DNA from: Candidatus Gottesmanbacteria bacterium
Lineage (GTDB): Bacteria; Patescibacteriota; Microgenomatia; 2-02-FULL-39-11
Reading direction: 5' to 3'
NCBI GenBank assembly: GCA_016186795.1
Contig: JACPKY010000002.1
Span: 26,593 to 90,592 of the forward strand
DNA: 64,000 nt
The position numbers and the translations under genes were made by a program. The notes under the pieces were generated by a model that saw nothing but the letters and a program-made list of their open reading frames with translations, did not search any database and was not told the origin of the DNA. Positions 54,944-64,000 of the stretch are shown piece after piece. Every line of letters begins with the position of its first letter. Position 1 is the first letter of the stretch.

Positions 54944-56281
54944 ATGGTAGATGCCCGCATACCTCCACACAATGATCAAGCAGAAGCCTCAATACTTGGA
55001 GCAATTCTTATCGATCGTGATGCACTTGCCGAAGTCATCGAATTTGTTAGACCCGAATACTTTTATAAGGAATCTCACGCTGGGATCTATTCTTCGATGA
55101 TGTCTCTTTTCGAACGGCATGAGCCTGTTGATATTGTTACCGTTACTTCGCAACTTAAGAAAATGGGTATATATAAAAATGTTGGTGGGACAGCATATCT
55201 GACCGAGCTTACCAATATAGTACCAACGTCTGCCCATGTTGAGGAGTATGCAAAAATCGTCACCGACAATTACATCAAAAGACGTCTTATTGAGGCATCT
55301 TCGACTATTTCAAGTGATGCATTTGACGAGACGAAAGATGTCAAGTCAATTCTCGATAAAGCCGAAAGTGAAGTTTTGGCAATTTCAGAACGGCGGTCCC
55401 ATCAGGATTTTATTCCAATTAAAGATGCGCTTACCGAAAGTTTTGATCGGCTTGATGAGATTCATAAGCGGGGGGGGTCGTTACGAGGGGTTGCAACGGG
55501 ATTTTCGGATTTGGATAATCGACTTGCCGGTATGCAGGATTCGAACCTGCTTATTTTGGCCGCTCGACCAGGACAGGGAAAAACTGCATTTTCTTTAAAT
55601 ATCGCTCAACATGTTGCCGTTGCCGAAAAGACTGCCGTTGGTATTTTCTCTCTTGAGATGAGTAAGGAAGAGCTTGTCGATCGACTTCTCGTTTCCCAAG
55701 CTGATGTTGATGCATGGAGACTGAAAACCGGAAAACTTGCCGATAGCGACTTTACGAAACTTTCTCAAGCGATGGGCGATTTGGCTGATGCTCCGATCTA
55801 TATTGATGATACTCCCGGCATAAATATTTTTGAAATGCGCACCAAAGCAAGGCGTCTACAGGTCAATCAGAAAGTGAAGCTACTGATCGTTGACTATTTG
55901 CAATTGGTAGATCCAGGGAGGCGGTTTGATAATCGCGTCCAGGAAGTATCGATGGTTTCTCAGTCATTGAAAAACTTAGCCCGAGAACTCCATATTCCTG
56001 TCCTTGCTGTTTCCCAGCTGTCACGGGCGGTCGAAGCAAGAGGGACAAAAATTCCTCAGCTTGCAGATTTGCGAGAATCGGGGGCAATTGAACAGGATGC
56101 AGATGTCGTGATGTTTCTGTACCGGGAGGAGCAGGAACTTGAACAGTGGGGTCATCAAATTGTGAAGCTTCTTATTGCAAAACACAGAAATGGCCCGACA
56201 GCCGAAATTGATCTTATCTTCAAGGGGGATCGAATCCGCTTTTACTCTGTCGATAAAAAAGCCGCTGAGCCCTCGTTATAA
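54944..56281 (+). CDS. dnaB: replicative DNA helicase DnaB
   Basis: NDQAEASILGAIL N-terminus. Walker A ARPGQGKTAF. RecA-like core. Confidence 0.9.
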   Translation: MVDARIPPHNDQAEASILGAILIDRDALAEVIEFVRPEYFYKESHAGIYSSMMSLFERHEPVDIVTVTSQLKKMGIYKNVGGTAYLTELTNIVPTSAHVEEYAKIVTDNYIKRRLIEASSTISSDAFDETKDVKSILDKAESEVLAISERRSHQDFIPIKDALTESFDRLDEIHKRGGSLRGVATGFSDLDNRLAGMQDSNLLILAARPGQGKTAFSLNIAQHVAVAEKTAVGIFSLEMSKEELVDRLLVSQADVDAWRLKTGKLADSDFTKLSQAMGDLADAPIYIDDTPGINIFEMRTKARRLQVNQKVKLLIVDYLQLVDPGRRFDNRVQEVSMVSQSLKNLARELHIPVLAVSQLSRAVEARGTKIPQLADLRESGAIEQDADVVMFLYREEQELEQWGHQIVKLLIAKHRNGPTAEIDLIFKGDRIRFYSVDKKAAEPSL

Positions 56282-56308
56282 GAATTTTTCTTGCACTTAT
56301 TATCTTTT

Positions 56309-56397
56309 TGGTGGGCGGAGAGGGAATCGAACCCTCACGGCAGTTGACTGCCATAAGTTTTTGAGACTTACCTGTCTACCAGTTCCAGCACCCGCCC
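56309..56397 (-). tRNA. tRNA-Leu (anticodon CAA) with long variable arm and genomically encoded CCA
   Basis: Revcomp gggcgggtgctggaactggtagacaggtaagtCTCAAaaacttatggcagtcaactgccgtgagggttcgattccctctccgcccacca. Acceptor stem 7 bp with a G7-U66 pair. T-loop GGTTCGATTCC. Long variable-arm hairpin. Confidence 0.8.
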
Positions 56398-56458
56398 AAG
56401 GGAATTCGGATTGACTCCACCAATTATATTTTGTATAAGTGTAGTAGTCAAAAAGTAC

Positions 56459-57949
56459 ATGAATATTCACCTGAAAGCCTTAGATGTTGGGAAACTCGAA
56501 ACAGATGCACTGTGTGTTTTTGTTGGGTTTGAGAATCTGAGTTTCTTATCAAATCTTGATTCAAAGCTTTCTGGTGCACTTTTTTCTGTTGCCAAAAAGG
56601 AGAGTTTTTCGGGTAAACGTGATCAAAAACTGACTCTTTCTACCAATGGGAGAATTGGCGCATATAAAGTATTCCTTTTCGGTCTTGGAAGAAGCGATGA
56701 ATTTGAACCTATTATTCTTAAGCTGGCTGTTGCCCAAGCTGTCAAAGAAGTCAAAAAAATTCACGGGACGAATTGCGTCATAGAGCTACCGTTTGTGTTT
56801 TTGAAAAAATACCCAGTTTCAACCCTCGTTCAGTCGGTTACAGAGGCGCTTTATCTTTCTACCTACTCGTTTGATAAATATAAAAAGAAAAAAGAAAATG
56901 ATAAAAGCTTACAGGACGGGACAATTCATGTTTCTCCTCCTCAACTTTCAGCGGCAGAAGTTGCGGTGAAAAAAGGAACGATACTTGCAAAAGCTTCTTG
57001 CATGGCTCGTGATCTTGTCAATGAACCATCTCAAATCTGTACGCCCACGTACCTTGCAAAGATTGCATTGGAGATTGCCAAGAAAAACCCCAAAATAATT
57101 AGAGTGAAAATTCTTGAAAAAGAAGATGCGGAAAAGTTCGGGATGGGCGCATACCTTGGAGTCGCCAAAGGTTCAACCGAGCCGCCGAAATTTATCCACC
57201 TTACCTATACTCCGAAACGATCAAAAGGAAAGATTGCCTTGGTAGGCAAAGGAATAACGTTTGATACCGGTGGGGTATCTCTGAAAAGCGCCGAGCACAT
57301 GGAGACAATGAAGCTCGACATGGCAGGGGCTGCTACCGTCTTATCTGTATTTGCATACCTAACTCAACTTGAAATTCCGTATACAGTTTCTGGAATAATT
57401 GCAGCATGTGAGAATATGCCATCAGGAAGTGCAATAAAACCTGGTGATATTGTGACGTCCGCAAATGGAAAAACTATTGAAGTATTAAATACCGATGCCG
57501 AGGGTCGATTGACCTTGGCAGATGCATTTTCATATGTGATCAAAATCGTCAAGCCAGAGTACCTGATTGATCTGGCAACGCTAACTGGTGCCTGTATGGT
57601 GGCGCTTGGACAGGATATCACCGGTCTTTGGAGTAATAATAAAAAACTTCAAGATGAACTTATGAAAGCGGCGAAGGAGACTGGTGAGAAGGTTTGGCCG
57701 ATGCCTCTTGAGAAAGATTACAAAGAACTTATAGAAAGTGGTGTTGCCGATGTAAAAAATATTCAAACAGGGAGATATGGAGGGGCAATAACTGCAGCTC
57801 TTTTCTTGCAGGAGTTTGTTGATTCCGTGTCTTGGGCACACCTTGATATTGCCGGACCATCATTTGCCGAAAAGGAGACACCACTGACTCCCAAAGGAGG
57901 AACAGGATTTGGTGTCCGATTACTCCTTACATTCCTTGGTCAGTTCTAA
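56459..57949 (+). CDS. pepA: leucyl aminopeptidase (M17)
   Basis: NTDAEGRLTLADA signature. VGKGITFDTGG. Confidence 0.9.
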   Translation: MNIHLKALDVGKLETDALCVFVGFENLSFLSNLDSKLSGALFSVAKKESFSGKRDQKLTLSTNGRIGAYKVFLFGLGRSDEFEPIILKLAVAQAVKEVKKIHGTNCVIELPFVFLKKYPVSTLVQSVTEALYLSTYSFDKYKKKKENDKSLQDGTIHVSPPQLSAAEVAVKKGTILAKASCMARDLVNEPSQICTPTYLAKIALEIAKKNPKIIRVKILEKEDAEKFGMGAYLGVAKGSTEPPKFIHLTYTPKRSKGKIALVGKGITFDTGGVSLKSAEHMETMKLDMAGAATVLSVFAYLTQLEIPYTVSGIIAACENMPSGSAIKPGDIVTSANGKTIEVLNTDAEGRLTLADAFSYVIKIVKPEYLIDLATLTGACMVALGQDITGLWSNNKKLQDELMKAAKETGEKVWPMPLEKDYKELIESGVADVKNIQTGRYGGAITAALFLQEFVDSVSWAHLDIAGPSFAEKETPLTPKGGTGFGVRLLLTFLGQF

Positions 57950-57958
57950 CTAAATCTC

Positions 57959-59242
57959 ATGTCAGAACATCCCTTTTCGGAAGTTGTTCTCAATAAGCAT
58001 TTTCGCAATTTGTGGTTGGCTCAGATTTTTTCGCAAGTTGCGGTGAACATGCTGTCATTTGTACTGGCAATACGAGTGTACCAAGAAACACAATCAAATA
58101 CGGCAGTCTCTCTTCTTTTTTTAACATTCGGTATCCCCTCAATTATATTTGGGGTTTTTGCAGGAGGTATCGTAGACTATTTTGATAAACGCTCAATTCT
58201 TTTTTGGTGTAATGTCGTTCGCCTCCTTCTTTTTCTTGGGTTTTTTCTTTTTGCTTCCAATATTTTCTTTTTATATATTCTTGCGATTTCATTCTCATTG
58301 GTGACACAGATCTTTATCCCGGCTGAAGCTCCCGCAATACCAAATCTTGTTCCGAAAAAAAACTTGCTTGCCGCAAATTCTCTTTTTACTATCAGTTTTT
58401 ATCTTTCTACCATAACAGGATTTGTTGTTGCCGGGCCGATTCTTCGCATCTTTGGTGGTCGTGATGTCTATGTGTTCATGACGGTACTTATGGGATGTGC
58501 AAGTTTCTTTGCCTATCTTCTTCCGAAGATGGTAGTAAAAAGAACGACGCTTCCTTTAACTTTCTCATCTCTTTTCAAAGGAGTTGATGATGGTATTACC
58601 TTTATAGGTAGAAACGTCCGTGTGCGACAAAGTCTGATTCTTATGACATTTGCCCAATCACTTATTATGACTCTTTCAGTCCTTACCCCTGGTTTTGCAG
58701 ATAAAATTTTGTCTATTGATTTGACCGAGAGCTCCTATATCGTCATGGGACCTGCTGTAATCGGGCTTGTTTCCGGTGCACTATTTATTGGAGGGTATGG
58801 TATGAGATTTCTCAAGGGCACACTTATTCTTTTTGGAATTCTATTCACTGGTATTATTCTATTATGTCTATCGCTTCTGACACGGTTTGATTCCTCGTCG
58901 TATACACTTGCGTTCCCCAATGCGTCCCTTGTCATTGGGACCATTTTTCCGGTCATGATACTCTTATTTCTCCTTGGAATGATGAATTCATTCATCACCG
59001 TTCCTGCCAATACGATCCTTCAGCAGGATTCCTCAGGAGGGATACGAGGACGAGTGTACGGAGTATTAACGGCGTTAACCGGTGGAGTATCAATTATTCC
59101 TGTTGTATTTTCTGGACTCTTAGCTGATACAATTGGAGTAGGGAAGACACTAACACTCGTTGGTGGTATTGTTTTCGTTTCTGGAATTTACCATTACTTC
59201 CAACGTCAACGGTATAAAGTGATGTATTCCAAGAAAGGGTAA
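57959..59242 (+). CDS. MFS transporter
   Basis: 12 predicted TM helices. MFS-like N-terminus. Confidence 0.75.
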   Translation: MSEHPFSEVVLNKHFRNLWLAQIFSQVAVNMLSFVLAIRVYQETQSNTAVSLLFLTFGIPSIIFGVFAGGIVDYFDKRSILFWCNVVRLLLFLGFFLFASNIFFLYILAISFSLVTQIFIPAEAPAIPNLVPKKNLLAANSLFTISFYLSTITGFVVAGPILRIFGGRDVYVFMTVLMGCASFFAYLLPKMVVKRTTLPLTFSSLFKGVDDGITFIGRNVRVRQSLILMTFAQSLIMTLSVLTPGFADKILSIDLTESSYIVMGPAVIGLVSGALFIGGYGMRFLKGTLILFGILFTGIILLCLSLLTRFDSSSYTLAFPNASLVIGTIFPVMILLFLLGMMNSFITVPANTILQQDSSGGIRGRVYGVLTALTGGVSIIPVVFSGLLADTIGVGKTLTLVGGIVFVSGIYHYFQRQRYKVMYSKKG

Positions 59243-59252
59243 ATCAATTCCT

Positions 59253-60011
59253 ATGAAACCAATACTTTTTAGTATCGGGCCGTTTAACGTATACTCCTTT
59301 GGATTTTTGCTTGCCGTGGCGTTTATTTTCTCTACGTTCATTATATGGAAGTTTGGTCGGGAAGAGTTGAAAGAAGAAGAGTATTTGGACATGTATTTTG
59401 CAACAAGTTTTGTTGCGCTTCTCTCAGCACGAGCAATTTACATTCTCCTCAACTTTCAAGATTTTGGGACAAATATTCTCCGCTATATTTTAGTCCGTGA
59501 TACACCGGGACTCTCACTTATCGGTGGACTTTTCGGAGGCTTTCTCTTCTTGTACTGGTATGCGAAAAAAAAGCGGTACAACGTTTTGCACCTTTTTGAC
59601 CTTTTTGCCGTCAGTAGCTCTCTCGCACTCGTTTTTACGAAAATTGGACAATTCCTTGGAGGATCTGGGTTTGGAACTGAGACAGTGCTACCACTTGGTG
59701 TTCGTATTGTTGGAATAACTGGGATACGACATCCGGTAGAGTTATACGAAGCATTTTCACTTCTTATTCTCTCATGTGCCTTGTACGTACTTTATACGAA
59801 GAGTCTGCGGCGGAAGTGGCCAAAGGGACTTACTAGTGCAGTGTTTGTTTGGGGAGTGAGTCTTACAATCTTCCTACTTGAGTTTTTCAAGGTGCGCACG
59901 CTATACTTATATGCTATGAGTTTCAGACAGGTTGTCGCAGCAATTGGGCTTATTGTATTTCTTATTCCAATTATTCAACGGGTGCAATACCTGCGAAAGA
60001 AAGATATATGA
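59253..60011 (+). CDS. lgt: prolipoprotein diacylglyceryl transferase
   Basis: N-terminal IGPFNVYSFGFLLAVAF. Lgt signature region GGLFGG. Confidence 0.85.
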   Translation: MKPILFSIGPFNVYSFGFLLAVAFIFSTFIIWKFGREELKEEEYLDMYFATSFVALLSARAIYILLNFQDFGTNILRYILVRDTPGLSLIGGLFGGFLFLYWYAKKKRYNVLHLFDLFAVSSSLALVFTKIGQFLGGSGFGTETVLPLGVRIVGITGIRHPVELYEAFSLLILSCALYVLYTKSLRRKWPKGLTSAVFVWGVSLTIFLLEFFKVRTLYLYAMSFRQVVAAIGLIVFLIPIIQRVQYLRKKDI

Positions 60012-60382
60012 ATTTTCCTTTAAATGTATTAAAGAGAATTCACGAAAATCTGAGTCGAGAAAAGCATAAGATTAATACCACACTTTCATCACTCAAAGCT
60101 CAAGATCCATTTTCTGATCCGGATCGGCTCAATGACAACGCTGCATCCGATACAGATGCTATTGAGGAAATTTCACATGAGCGGATGGAAGCTCTTGAGA
60201 AAGAATTGAAGCGACGAATGGTCGATATTGAAGAGGCTCTTGAGAGGATTAAAAAAGGGACGTACGGACGCTGTCATTCCTGTAAGAAGATGATCGAAGA
60301 TGAGAGGTTGGCAATAAACCCCACTGCGTTGTACTGCGTTTCCTGTGAACGGAAGAGGGAATCAAAGGTGAAGGGTAAATAA
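60008..60382 (+). CDS. DksA/TraR-family C4-type zinc-finger protein
   Basis: Coiled-coil N-terminus. C-terminal CHSCKKMI...CVSC zinc finger. Confidence 0.7.
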   Translation: MNFPLNVLKRIHENLSREKHKINTTLSSLKAQDPFSDPDRLNDNAASDTDAIEEISHERMEALEKELKRRMVDIEEALERIKKGTYGRCHSCKKMIEDERLAINPTALYCVSCERKRESKVKGK

Positions 60383-60395
60383 CGTATCCGCTCTC

Positions 60396-61124
60396 ATGGA
60401 TATTCCAGTTCTTTTTGAAGATTTGGATATTGTTGCAATTGACAAACCGTCTGGGGTAATCGTAAATCGCGCAGAATCTGTCTCGGTTGCAACGTTGCAG
60501 GATTGGATGGATGCTCGTTACCGACTCCTTTGGAAAAAATATTCCCCTCACCAATTTCCAGTATTTTTTTCCCGTTCAGGCATTGCGCACAGGTTAGATA
60601 AAGAAACATCCGGTGTTGTTATTGCCGCCAAAACCCCTCAGAGTCTTGACCTAATTTTGGCGCAATTTAAGAGTCGACAGGTGGAGAAAACATATCTCGC
60701 ACTCTCTCATGGGAAACTTCCCAGTGTGTCGGGGACAATTCAAGCAAGTGTCGGCAGACTCCCATGGAATCGAGAGCGGTTTGGTGTTTTGCCCGGAGGA
60801 AGAGAAGCGGAAACATCCTATACCGTCAAAAGAGTATACTTCTTCAAGAAGGAATATTATTCTTTTCTTGTTATTTTTCCCAAAACCGGCAGAACACACC
60901 AAATCCGTATTCATCTCAAACATGTTGGTCACCCGATTGTTTCAGACAGTTTCTATGCAGGGCGGAAAATCGCAAGAAGCGATCGTATCTTTTGTCCCCG
61001 GCTTTTCCTCCACTCCCAAAGTATCACCATTCATCATCCGAAGACTTCGAAACTGATGACAATCGTTTCTCCACTTCCCAAAGATTTAGACGATGTTCTT
61101 GCAAAGATGGAACCTGTTAATTAA
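60396..61124 (+). CDS. rluD: RluA-family pseudouridine synthase
   Basis: Catalytic HRLDKETSGVVIAAKT. Confidence 0.85.
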   Translation: MDIPVLFEDLDIVAIDKPSGVIVNRAESVSVATLQDWMDARYRLLWKKYSPHQFPVFFSRSGIAHRLDKETSGVVIAAKTPQSLDLILAQFKSRQVEKTYLALSHGKLPSVSGTIQASVGRLPWNRERFGVLPGGREAETSYTVKRVYFFKKEYYSFLVIFPKTGRTHQIRIHLKHVGHPIVSDSFYAGRKIARSDRIFCPRLFLHSQSITIHHPKTSKLMTIVSPLPKDLDDVLAKMEPVN

Positions 61125-61169
61125 ATCTTTCCTCTTCACAACAGCCGATTTTTCTGATGTACTAGACAT

Positions 61170-62888
61170 ATGGAAGTTTCTTTTTCGTACGATTTAGTCG
61201 TTATTCTCTTTACCTCATTTGTGGGAGGAGTGGTTGCCAAGAAATTAAAGCTGCCAGTCATTGTAGGGTATGCGGTTAGTGGGATTTTTGTGGGGAGTAT
61301 TCTCAATCAGTACATTCCATTGACAAAAAGTATCAACAGTATTGCCGAAATTGGGGTGGCGCTCCTTCTTTTTACCGTCGGATTGGAGTTTACCGTTAAC
61401 CGGCTCAAAGAGTTGGGGGAAGTTATCTTTTGGGGGTCGCTTATTCAAGTACTTTTTACCATTTTGATTGGCCTTATTATTTTTCCACTATTTGGAATGG
61501 ATTTTTACACAGCACTCTTTTTGGGAGCTGTTTTTTCTCTCTCGTCAACAGCTGCGGTTCTGAAGGTACTTTCCGATCGAGGGGAGCTTGAGACTCTCCA
61601 TGGAGAAATGGCGGCTGGGTGGCTTTTCATGCAGGACTTATACACACTGCCACTTTTTATTCTCCTTCCAGCAATAGGAAGTATCATGTTGGGGGAACAA
61701 TCACAGATCTTCGTTTCAACAATAACATTTGGAAGAAGTATTCTCATAGCAACGATGGCATTTTTTGTTGTGCTTCTTTTGGGGAAACGGACAGTACCGT
61801 GGATATTTGGAAAAATTGCAAATCTTGGCTCCCGAGAGTTACTTTTAACAGCGGCTGTCGGGATGTGCCTCTTTCTAGCCTATCTTTTTCAACTTCTCGG
61901 ACTGTCCTACGCGTTGGGTGCTTTTGTTGCCGGGATTCTTCTTGCATCCTCAACAGCTCATCACGGAATATTTGCTGAAGTTCGTCCTTTACGTGATCTT
62001 TTTGCTACTGTCTTTTTCGTTTCCCTTGGATTTTTAGTTCGTCCGGAATTTTTTCTTGCCAACTGGGTTCTTATTCTTCTTTTGACTACCTGCGTCATCG
62101 GTATAAAGTTTTTCGTTTCTACGATATTAGTTATTCTCCTTGGGTACCATACGAAAACTGCAGTCCTCGTTGGCTTTTCGCTTGTTTCCGTTGGAGAATT
62201 TGCCTTTATTTTAGCCATTTTGGGAAACTCCGCACGTCTTATCACCAATGATACTTTCTTACTCATCCTCTCAGTCACATTTTTTTCTCTTATTGTCTCG
62301 ATACCCCTCCTATCAGTCTCGGATCGATTGTACTATTTCTTAAAGAGAATCGTACTTACATTTTTTCCTTTTGCAAAAACATTGGTGAGCCATCTTGATA
62401 TAAGTCCCCCTCGGGAGAGTTTTACGATGGAAAATCACGTTGTTGTGTTGGGACACGGTCGGGTAGGGAAGTACATATGCAAAGCGCTCGCCTCAGCTCA
62501 AATTCCCTACGTTGTTGTTGACTATAATCATGTTCTTGTTGACCAACTTAAAAAATCTGGTGTCACTGTCATCTATGGTGATCCAGCAGAAATTGACGTT
62601 TTGGAGTTTGCGCGTGTTCGGGAAGCTCGTGTCGTCATTCTTGCGTATGCAGACAGGCATACTCAGGAAGCGGTTATCACAAACACCTTGACACTGAATC
62701 CCTCTGCCATTATTATTTGCCGCACCCACTTTGAAGAGGATGCAAAGAAACTAAAAAGTTTGGGAGTTCACACTGTCGTTCAACCCGAATTTGAAGCAGC
62801 TATTTCGATGACTCAAATTCTTCTTCAGATTCTTGGGGAGGAAGAAAGTACTGTCCGGGAAAAGGTCATGCGTATCCGGACAAGCTAA
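61170..62888 (+). CDS. CPA2-family cation:proton antiporter with C-terminal RCK/TrkA-N domain (KefB-like)
   Basis: Polytopic N-terminal domain. VVVLGHGRVGKYICKAL Rossmann. Confidence 0.85.
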   Translation: MEVSFSYDLVVILFTSFVGGVVAKKLKLPVIVGYAVSGIFVGSILNQYIPLTKSINSIAEIGVALLLFTVGLEFTVNRLKELGEVIFWGSLIQVLFTILIGLIIFPLFGMDFYTALFLGAVFSLSSTAAVLKVLSDRGELETLHGEMAAGWLFMQDLYTLPLFILLPAIGSIMLGEQSQIFVSTITFGRSILIATMAFFVVLLLGKRTVPWIFGKIANLGSRELLLTAAVGMCLFLAYLFQLLGLSYALGAFVAGILLASSTAHHGIFAEVRPLRDLFATVFFVSLGFLVRPEFFLANWVLILLLTTCVIGIKFFVSTILVILLGYHTKTAVLVGFSLVSVGEFAFILAILGNSARLITNDTFLLILSVTFFSLIVSIPLLSVSDRLYYFLKRIVLTFFPFAKTLVSHLDISPPRESFTMENHVVVLGHGRVGKYICKALASAQIPYVVVDYNHVLVDQLKKSGVTVIYGDPAEIDVLEFARVREARVVILAYADRHTQEAVITNTLTLNPSAIIICRTHFEEDAKKLKSLGVHTVVQPEFEAAISMTQILLQILGEEESTVREKVMRIRTS

Positions 62889-63074
62889 AAACGTCAACAT
62901 TATTGACTTTTCTTGGTAACTTTTTTATAAAAATATATATGGGGCAATTTGGAGGATTCTTTAAAGGAGATAAGAAAAAACCCAAAAAAAGCACTCTTGA
63001 TAAAAAGGCTCAAGAGCTTGTTCGGAAGGAATCATTTATTTTGCCGAAGGTTGAAATCATAAAAAAAGGCAAAA

Positions 63075-64000
63075 ATGAAGCGTAGAAACCGAAGAACCAT
63101 AGTACGGTGGATTCTTCGGTTTCTTCCAGTCTTTCTTCTTACTGGGTGCGTCACTTTGGTTGTTCTTTTTCTTTTTCAAACGAGCCGCTGGGATGGAAAA
63201 AGCCGTTTTACACTTGTTCTCAACTCGCGACCCTTACTCGTGCTTTCCATAGAACCGGAAACAAAAAGGTCTGTTCTCGTTGCATTCCCTGCCAATACGC
63301 AACTTTCCCTGCCGTACGGATACGGAACGTACGTTGCCTCATCCGTGTATCCTCTTGGTAATTTAGATAAGAAGCGTGGAGGAGGAATGCTTCTCTCTCG
63401 AAGCATTGAAGAGACACTCGGAGTTCCAGTGTATGGATTCTTTTCTCTTGAAGAACAGGTTGAAATTTCTCTTACAACTGTCTCCGATACGGCAAAACTC
63501 AAAAGAGACTACTTTTCCTATATTGGAGTTATTCCTCGTCTTCCATCTTTTATCCAATCACTCTCGGGATCCCAAACAAATATTTCAATCATTGATCTCT
63601 TTCGTCTCTGGCAGGCAATTCGATCATTTCGGAGTGATACTGTTATCTTTATTGACGCGCAAAAAGAGGGTTTACTTTGGGAGGAAAAGCTTCCCGACGG
63701 GATTAATGTTTTTACAATTGACACGGACTCGTTTGGGAATCGGTATCCGGACATATTTCAAGATCATGAAGTCCGTCTAGAAGAAAAAAGCGTGGAAGTG
63801 GTCAATGCGACAGAAGTGGAAAGTGTTGCAAAGAGGTTTGGATGGGTACTTGAGACAATGGGTGCAGATGTCTTGGTCAAATCAACCTCGATGATCCCAG
63901 ATACAACTTCTTGTGTTATACACGTCCGGGTAAAGGAGATCTGGGATAGTGCCATTGTACAGCGGCTCATGCGGTATTACGGGTGCAAGAAAGGTGAGAT
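63075..64000 (+). CDS. membrane-anchored protein, possibly LytR-CpsA-Psr (LCP)-like; 3' end runs off the window (not in the supplied ORF track)
   Basis: 308 codons with no stop in low-GC DNA. N-terminal basic stretch plus a TM helix. An RSDTVIF motif resembles the LCP RSDT block. Confidence 0.4.
   Translation, partial: MKRRNRRTIVRWILRFLPVFLLTGCVTLVVLFLFQTSRWDGKSRFTLVLNSRPLLVLSIEPETKRSVLVAFPANTQLSLPYGYGTYVASSVYPLGNLDKKRGGGMLLSRSIEETLGVPVYGFFSLEEQVEISLTTVSDTAKLKRDYFSYIGVIPRLPSFIQSLSGSQTNISIIDLFRLWQAIRSFRSDTVIFIDAQKEGLLWEEKLPDGINVFTIDTDSFGNRYPDIFQDHEVRLEEKSVEVVNATEVESVAKRFGWVLETMGADVLVKSTSMIPDTTSCVIHVRVKEIWDSAIVQRLMRYYGCKKGE

Noticed and set aside
62903-63085. 60-aa ORF before the LCP-like gene
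   Set aside because: Overlaps the likely start of the long ORF at 63075. Lys-rich low complexity. Weak evidence.

Overview
The window looks like a low-GC, gene-dense bacterial chromosome segment with strong hallmarks of a reduced Patescibacteria/CPR-type genome. These include a 150-aa short EF-Ts, no rplI after rpsF-ssb-rpsR, a release factor lacking domain 1, many small genes and strong Shine-Dalgarno sites. TGA and TAA are used as stops, so there is no sign of stop-codon recoding. The right two thirds (about 19.7-64 kb) is mostly housekeeping. It holds frr, rseP, proBAC, proS, pit/DUF47, rpsU, ybeY, dnaX, ybaB, a SAM-salvage cluster (DUF62 SAM hydrolase, CBS/CGS fusion, ahcY), prs, recR, cysS, rpsF-ssb-rpsR, ctpA, htrA, rpmE-prfA(truncated), hisS, pepP, suhB, dnaB, tRNA-Leu(CAA), pepA, lgt, rluA and a kefB-like antiporter. 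The left third (about 4.1-19.5 kb) is an accessory region inserted between tsf and frr, which normally sit together in the rpsB-tsf-pyrH-frr cluster. It contains two large uncharacterised proteins in an operon, an AbrB-Doc toxin-antitoxin pair and a Phd-RelE toxin-antitoxin pair. It also holds a roughly 3.7-kb GC-rich island (about 60-68% GC against about 40% flanks). That island carries a Pro/Thr-tandem-repeat polytopic membrane protein, several small proteins and two diverged copies of a roughly 170-bp element with a conserved CCACGCARMCGTGG hairpin. Further along are a VirD4/TraG-like coupling ATPase without partner T4SS genes, a short dispersed repeat family (GTCATYCTGA...GAGAAGRATC) and a moderately GC-elevated cluster of four small genes. 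I consider the GC-rich island with its repeated hairpin element, and the two-gene operon of large unknown proteins, the best candidates for an undescribed system. A promoter-to-terminator-bounded roughly 250-nt non-coding transcript sits upstream of proBAC. All calls rest on motif recognition by eye; no database search was possible.
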